From an uncultured Gammaproteobacteria bacterium (GTDB lineage Bacteria; Pseudomonadota; Gammaproteobacteria; JABCZS01), in the NCBI GenBank assembly GCA_963848305.1, contig CAWKDC010000001.1, positions 512,001 to 576,000 on the forward strand: 64,000 bases of DNA, in the 5' to 3' direction. Position 1 is the stretch's first letter. Each line of letters starts with the position of its first letter. The notes beneath the pieces are model-generated. The model made no database searches and was not told the origin of the DNA. It worked only from the letters and a program-made list of their open reading frames with translations. A program made the position numbers and the translations under genes. Below, piece after piece: positions 61,726-64,000 of this stretch.

Positions 61726-62675
61726 TGATCAAAAACCCTTTTGCCGTTTTAAAATCACTGAAACAAATGGGCATTTTGGGGATGAATCAACGCAATGCTG
61801 AATTTATCCAGCTTTACAATCCACGCAAAAATTTCCCTTTGGTTGATAACAAAATTTTAACAAAAAAACTGGCGCTTCAGGTGGGTATCGGTGTGCCTGA
61901 ATTATATGGGGTCGTTGAAATTGAACATCAAATTGCTCAAATGCATGAACTGCTCAAACAATACTCCAGTTTTGTGATCAAACCTGCACACGGCAGTGGC
62001 GGCACGGGCATTGTGGTCATCAAAGGAAGACGCGGCGTAAATTATTTACGTTCGGATGGCACCATCATGACACCGGAAGATCTCAGCTTCCACGTGTCAA
62101 ATACACTCAGCGGATTGTACAGTTTGGGTGGATACCCTGATTCAGCCATGATTGAATATTGTGTCGAATTTGATCCCCTCTTTCAAGACGTGAGTTACCA
62201 AGGCATTCCTGATATCCGCGTGATTGTCTTCTTGGGATACCCCGTGATGGCGATGGTCAGGTTGCCTACCCGTCAATCCAGTGGTAAAGCGAATTTGCAT
62301 CAAGGGGCCATTGGCGTGGGCGTGGATATTCAAACTGGTTTCACTCGAACAGGCGTACAACATAACCAAATTGCCACATTGCATCCCGACACGGGCTTCC
62401 CAGTCGAAGGCATCACCATCCCTCACTGGGAAAACTTACTGGTGTATTGCGCACGCTGTTATGAATTGACAGGCTTGGGTTATATTGGCGTTGACATTGT
62501 CTTGGATAAAAATAAAGGCCCCATGATGCTTGAAATGAACGCCCGCCCAGGCCTGGCCATCCAGATTGCGAATCAGAGGGGATTATTACCCCGTTTGGAG
62601 CGTATTAAACAGGAGGTGACGGTGAAACGCACGCCAGAGGAAAGGGTGGGTTTTGTGTTAAAAGTGGCTTTTTGA
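61722..62675 (+). CDS. Alpha-L-glutamate ligase-like ATP-grasp protein
   Basis: GILGMNQRN, VDNK, VIKPAHGSGG.GI, PDIRVI, KANLHQG, LEMNARPGL.IQIAN. Confidence 0.93.
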   Translation: MMIKNPFAVLKSLKQMGILGMNQRNAEFIQLYNPRKNFPLVDNKILTKKLALQVGIGVPELYGVVEIEHQIAQMHELLKQYSSFVIKPAHGSGGTGIVVIKGRRGVNYLRSDGTIMTPEDLSFHVSNTLSGLYSLGGYPDSAMIEYCVEFDPLFQDVSYQGIPDIRVIVFLGYPVMAMVRLPTRQSSGKANLHQGAIGVGVDIQTGFTRTGVQHNQIATLHPDTGFPVEGITIPHWENLLVYCARCYELTGLGYIGVDIVLDKNKGPMMLEMNARPGLAIQIANQRGLLPRLERIKQEVTVKRTPEERVGFVLKVAF

Positions 62676-62760
62676 AAATAGAAAAGCATTGGATTTAGTG
62701 AATAAAGGATTAGCTAAGGTAGTTTTTCAAAATCCCTAACAATCATGTTACGATACGCGT

Positions 62761-63636
62761 ATGAACACCCCAGAATCCCTCATGAACACTTTTCTCGAAC
62801 GTCTCTGGCTGGAAGAAGGCAAAAGCTCGCACAGTCAAGCAGCGTATAAGAGCGATTTGCTGCAATTTTTTCGCTGGCTTGATGCATTGGCAATTTCATT
62901 TGATAACGTATCCTCCAGTGATATTCAACGTTTTTTCGCGCATTGTCTCGACAGTGGCAAAACGCCCCGCACCCTCGCCCGTTACCGCTGCGCGTTGCGG
63001 AAATTTTTCACCTGGTTAGTGCGCGATCATCGTCTGTCTGATAATCCTATGGAAGGCATTGAAGCGCCAAAGATTGGGCAACCGCTGCCGCACAGCTTGA
63101 GTGAATCACAAGTTGAAGCGCTGTTACAAGCACCGGATGTGAACACACCGATTGGGTTGCGCGATAAAACAATGCTGGAACTACTGTATGCCAGTGGGCT
63201 GCGTGTCACTGAGCTGGTTGGTTTGCAAGCACATCAAGTGAATCTCAAACAAGGCGTGGTGCGCATCATGGGAAAAGGCAATAAGGAACGCTTGGTTCCA
63301 CTGGGCGAACATGCTTCGCAGTGGTTAACCCGTTACTTGGCAGAGAAAAGAGAGATTGGTTCTGTTTTATTTCCCGGACGTGAAGGCAACGCCATGACAC
63401 GTCAAACCTTTTGGCATCGCATCAAATATTATGCCATCGTTGCAGGAATCACTGCGCCTTTGTCACCTCACACCTTGCGCCACGCATTCGCCACACATTT
63501 GCTGAATCATGGTGCAGACTTACGTGTCATTCAATTATTATTGGGTCACAGCCAGATTTCAACCACACAAATTTATACTTTTGTCGCTAAAGAAAGGCTG
63601 AAATCGCTGCATGAAAAACATCATCCCCGTGGCTAG
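62761..63636 (+). CDS. xerD: Site-specific tyrosine recombinase XerD
   Basis: LRDKTMLELLYASGLRVTELV, GKGNKERLVP, MTRQTFW, SPHTLRHAFATHLLNHGADLR, TTQIYT, HHPRG; xerD-dsbC synteny. Confidence 0.96.
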   Translation: MNTPESLMNTFLERLWLEEGKSSHSQAAYKSDLLQFFRWLDALAISFDNVSSSDIQRFFAHCLDSGKTPRTLARYRCALRKFFTWLVRDHRLSDNPMEGIEAPKIGQPLPHSLSESQVEALLQAPDVNTPIGLRDKTMLELLYASGLRVTELVGLQAHQVNLKQGVVRIMGKGNKERLVPLGEHASQWLTRYLAEKREIGSVLFPGREGNAMTRQTFWHRIKYYAIVAGITAPLSPHTLRHAFATHLLNHGADLRVIQLLLGHSQISTTQIYTFVAKERLKSLHEKHHPRG

Positions 63637-63687
63637 TATTTATGCTATGCTCTCACAACCTTGAACTTTTTTTCAGAAGGAATCAAC

Positions 63688-64000
63688 ATGAAATTATCCA
63701 CTATACTTGCCACTGCTTTGTTTGCTCCCTTGTTGTTAGCTGCACCCCAAGAGGATATTAAAGCCAGTTTAAAAGTCATTTCTCCCACCATGACCATCGA
63801 TGAAGTCACCGAATCTCCTGTGTCGGGTGTTTATCAAGTCGTCGCTGGCTCCACCATTTTGTATTCTGATAAAACAGGCAAATACTTTTTTGAAGGGCCA
63901 CTTTACCATTTAAATGCTGATAAGAAGTTTGAAAACCTCACTGCAAAACGTCAAGCAGTGATCGTGAAAAAGGCGATCGACAGTGTTGATCCTTCCACTT
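63688..64000 (+). CDS. dsbC: Thiol:disulfide isomerase DsbC, N-terminal part (truncated by the window)
   Basis: Manual translation MKLSTILATALFAPLLLAAPQEDIKASL…ESPVSGVYQV…ILYSDKTGKYFFEGPLY…NLT: signal peptide plus DsbC dimerisation domain, directly after xerD. Confidence 0.85.
   Translation, partial: MKLSTILATALFAPLLLAAPQEDIKASLKVISPTMTIDEVTESPVSGVYQVVAGSTILYSDKTGKYFFEGPLYHLNADKKFENLTAKRQAVIVKKAIDSVDPST

Noticed and set aside
62670-62735. TTTTGAAAA…TTTTCAAAA inverted repeat upstream of xerD as a dif-like site
   Set aside because: It does not resemble the XerC/XerD arms of dif and is a low-complexity AT-rich match.
62761-63636. Tyrosine recombinase as a phage or island integrase
   Set aside because: It has XerD-specific motifs (MTRQTFW, HHPRG) and the housekeeping xerD-dsbC synteny.

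Overview
A 64 kb chromosomal window from a gammaproteobacterium. The gene content and eukaryote-like genes suggest a Legionellales/Coxiellaceae-like, possibly protist-associated organism (inference). Core genes: dcw cluster (mraZ to lpxC, with murB and without ddl), tRNA-Arg(ACG), phrB, rlmKL, darP, yraN-lpoA-rsmI, fumC, an MscK-like channel, rnt, nadE, fadD, htpG, xerD and the start of dsbC. Most interesting accessory content: (1) a tandem pair of AT-rich genes carrying a Pho80/Pcl-type cyclin box behind a perfect sigma70 promoter (23.3-25.0 kb); (2) a lipid cluster pairing a stand-alone plant CER1/CER3-like His-box membrane enzyme with a fatty acyl-CoA reductase-like SDR, an RND pump, FadL, an outer-membrane barrel and an FMN reductase (39.8-48.4 kb), a candidate bacterial alkane/wax pathway; (3) a family of GTAG-type REP palindromes, four of which supply the TAG stop codon of the adjacent gene; (4) an in-frame 3'-5' exonuclease-RlmD fusion missed by the ORF track; (5) an aspartic protease/7TM/ATP-grasp operon with extra neighbours. 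Several genes carry single frameshifts that look like sequencing or assembly indels. No CRISPR array, rRNA, IS element or prophage was seen. All family calls are by eye from motifs, not database searches.
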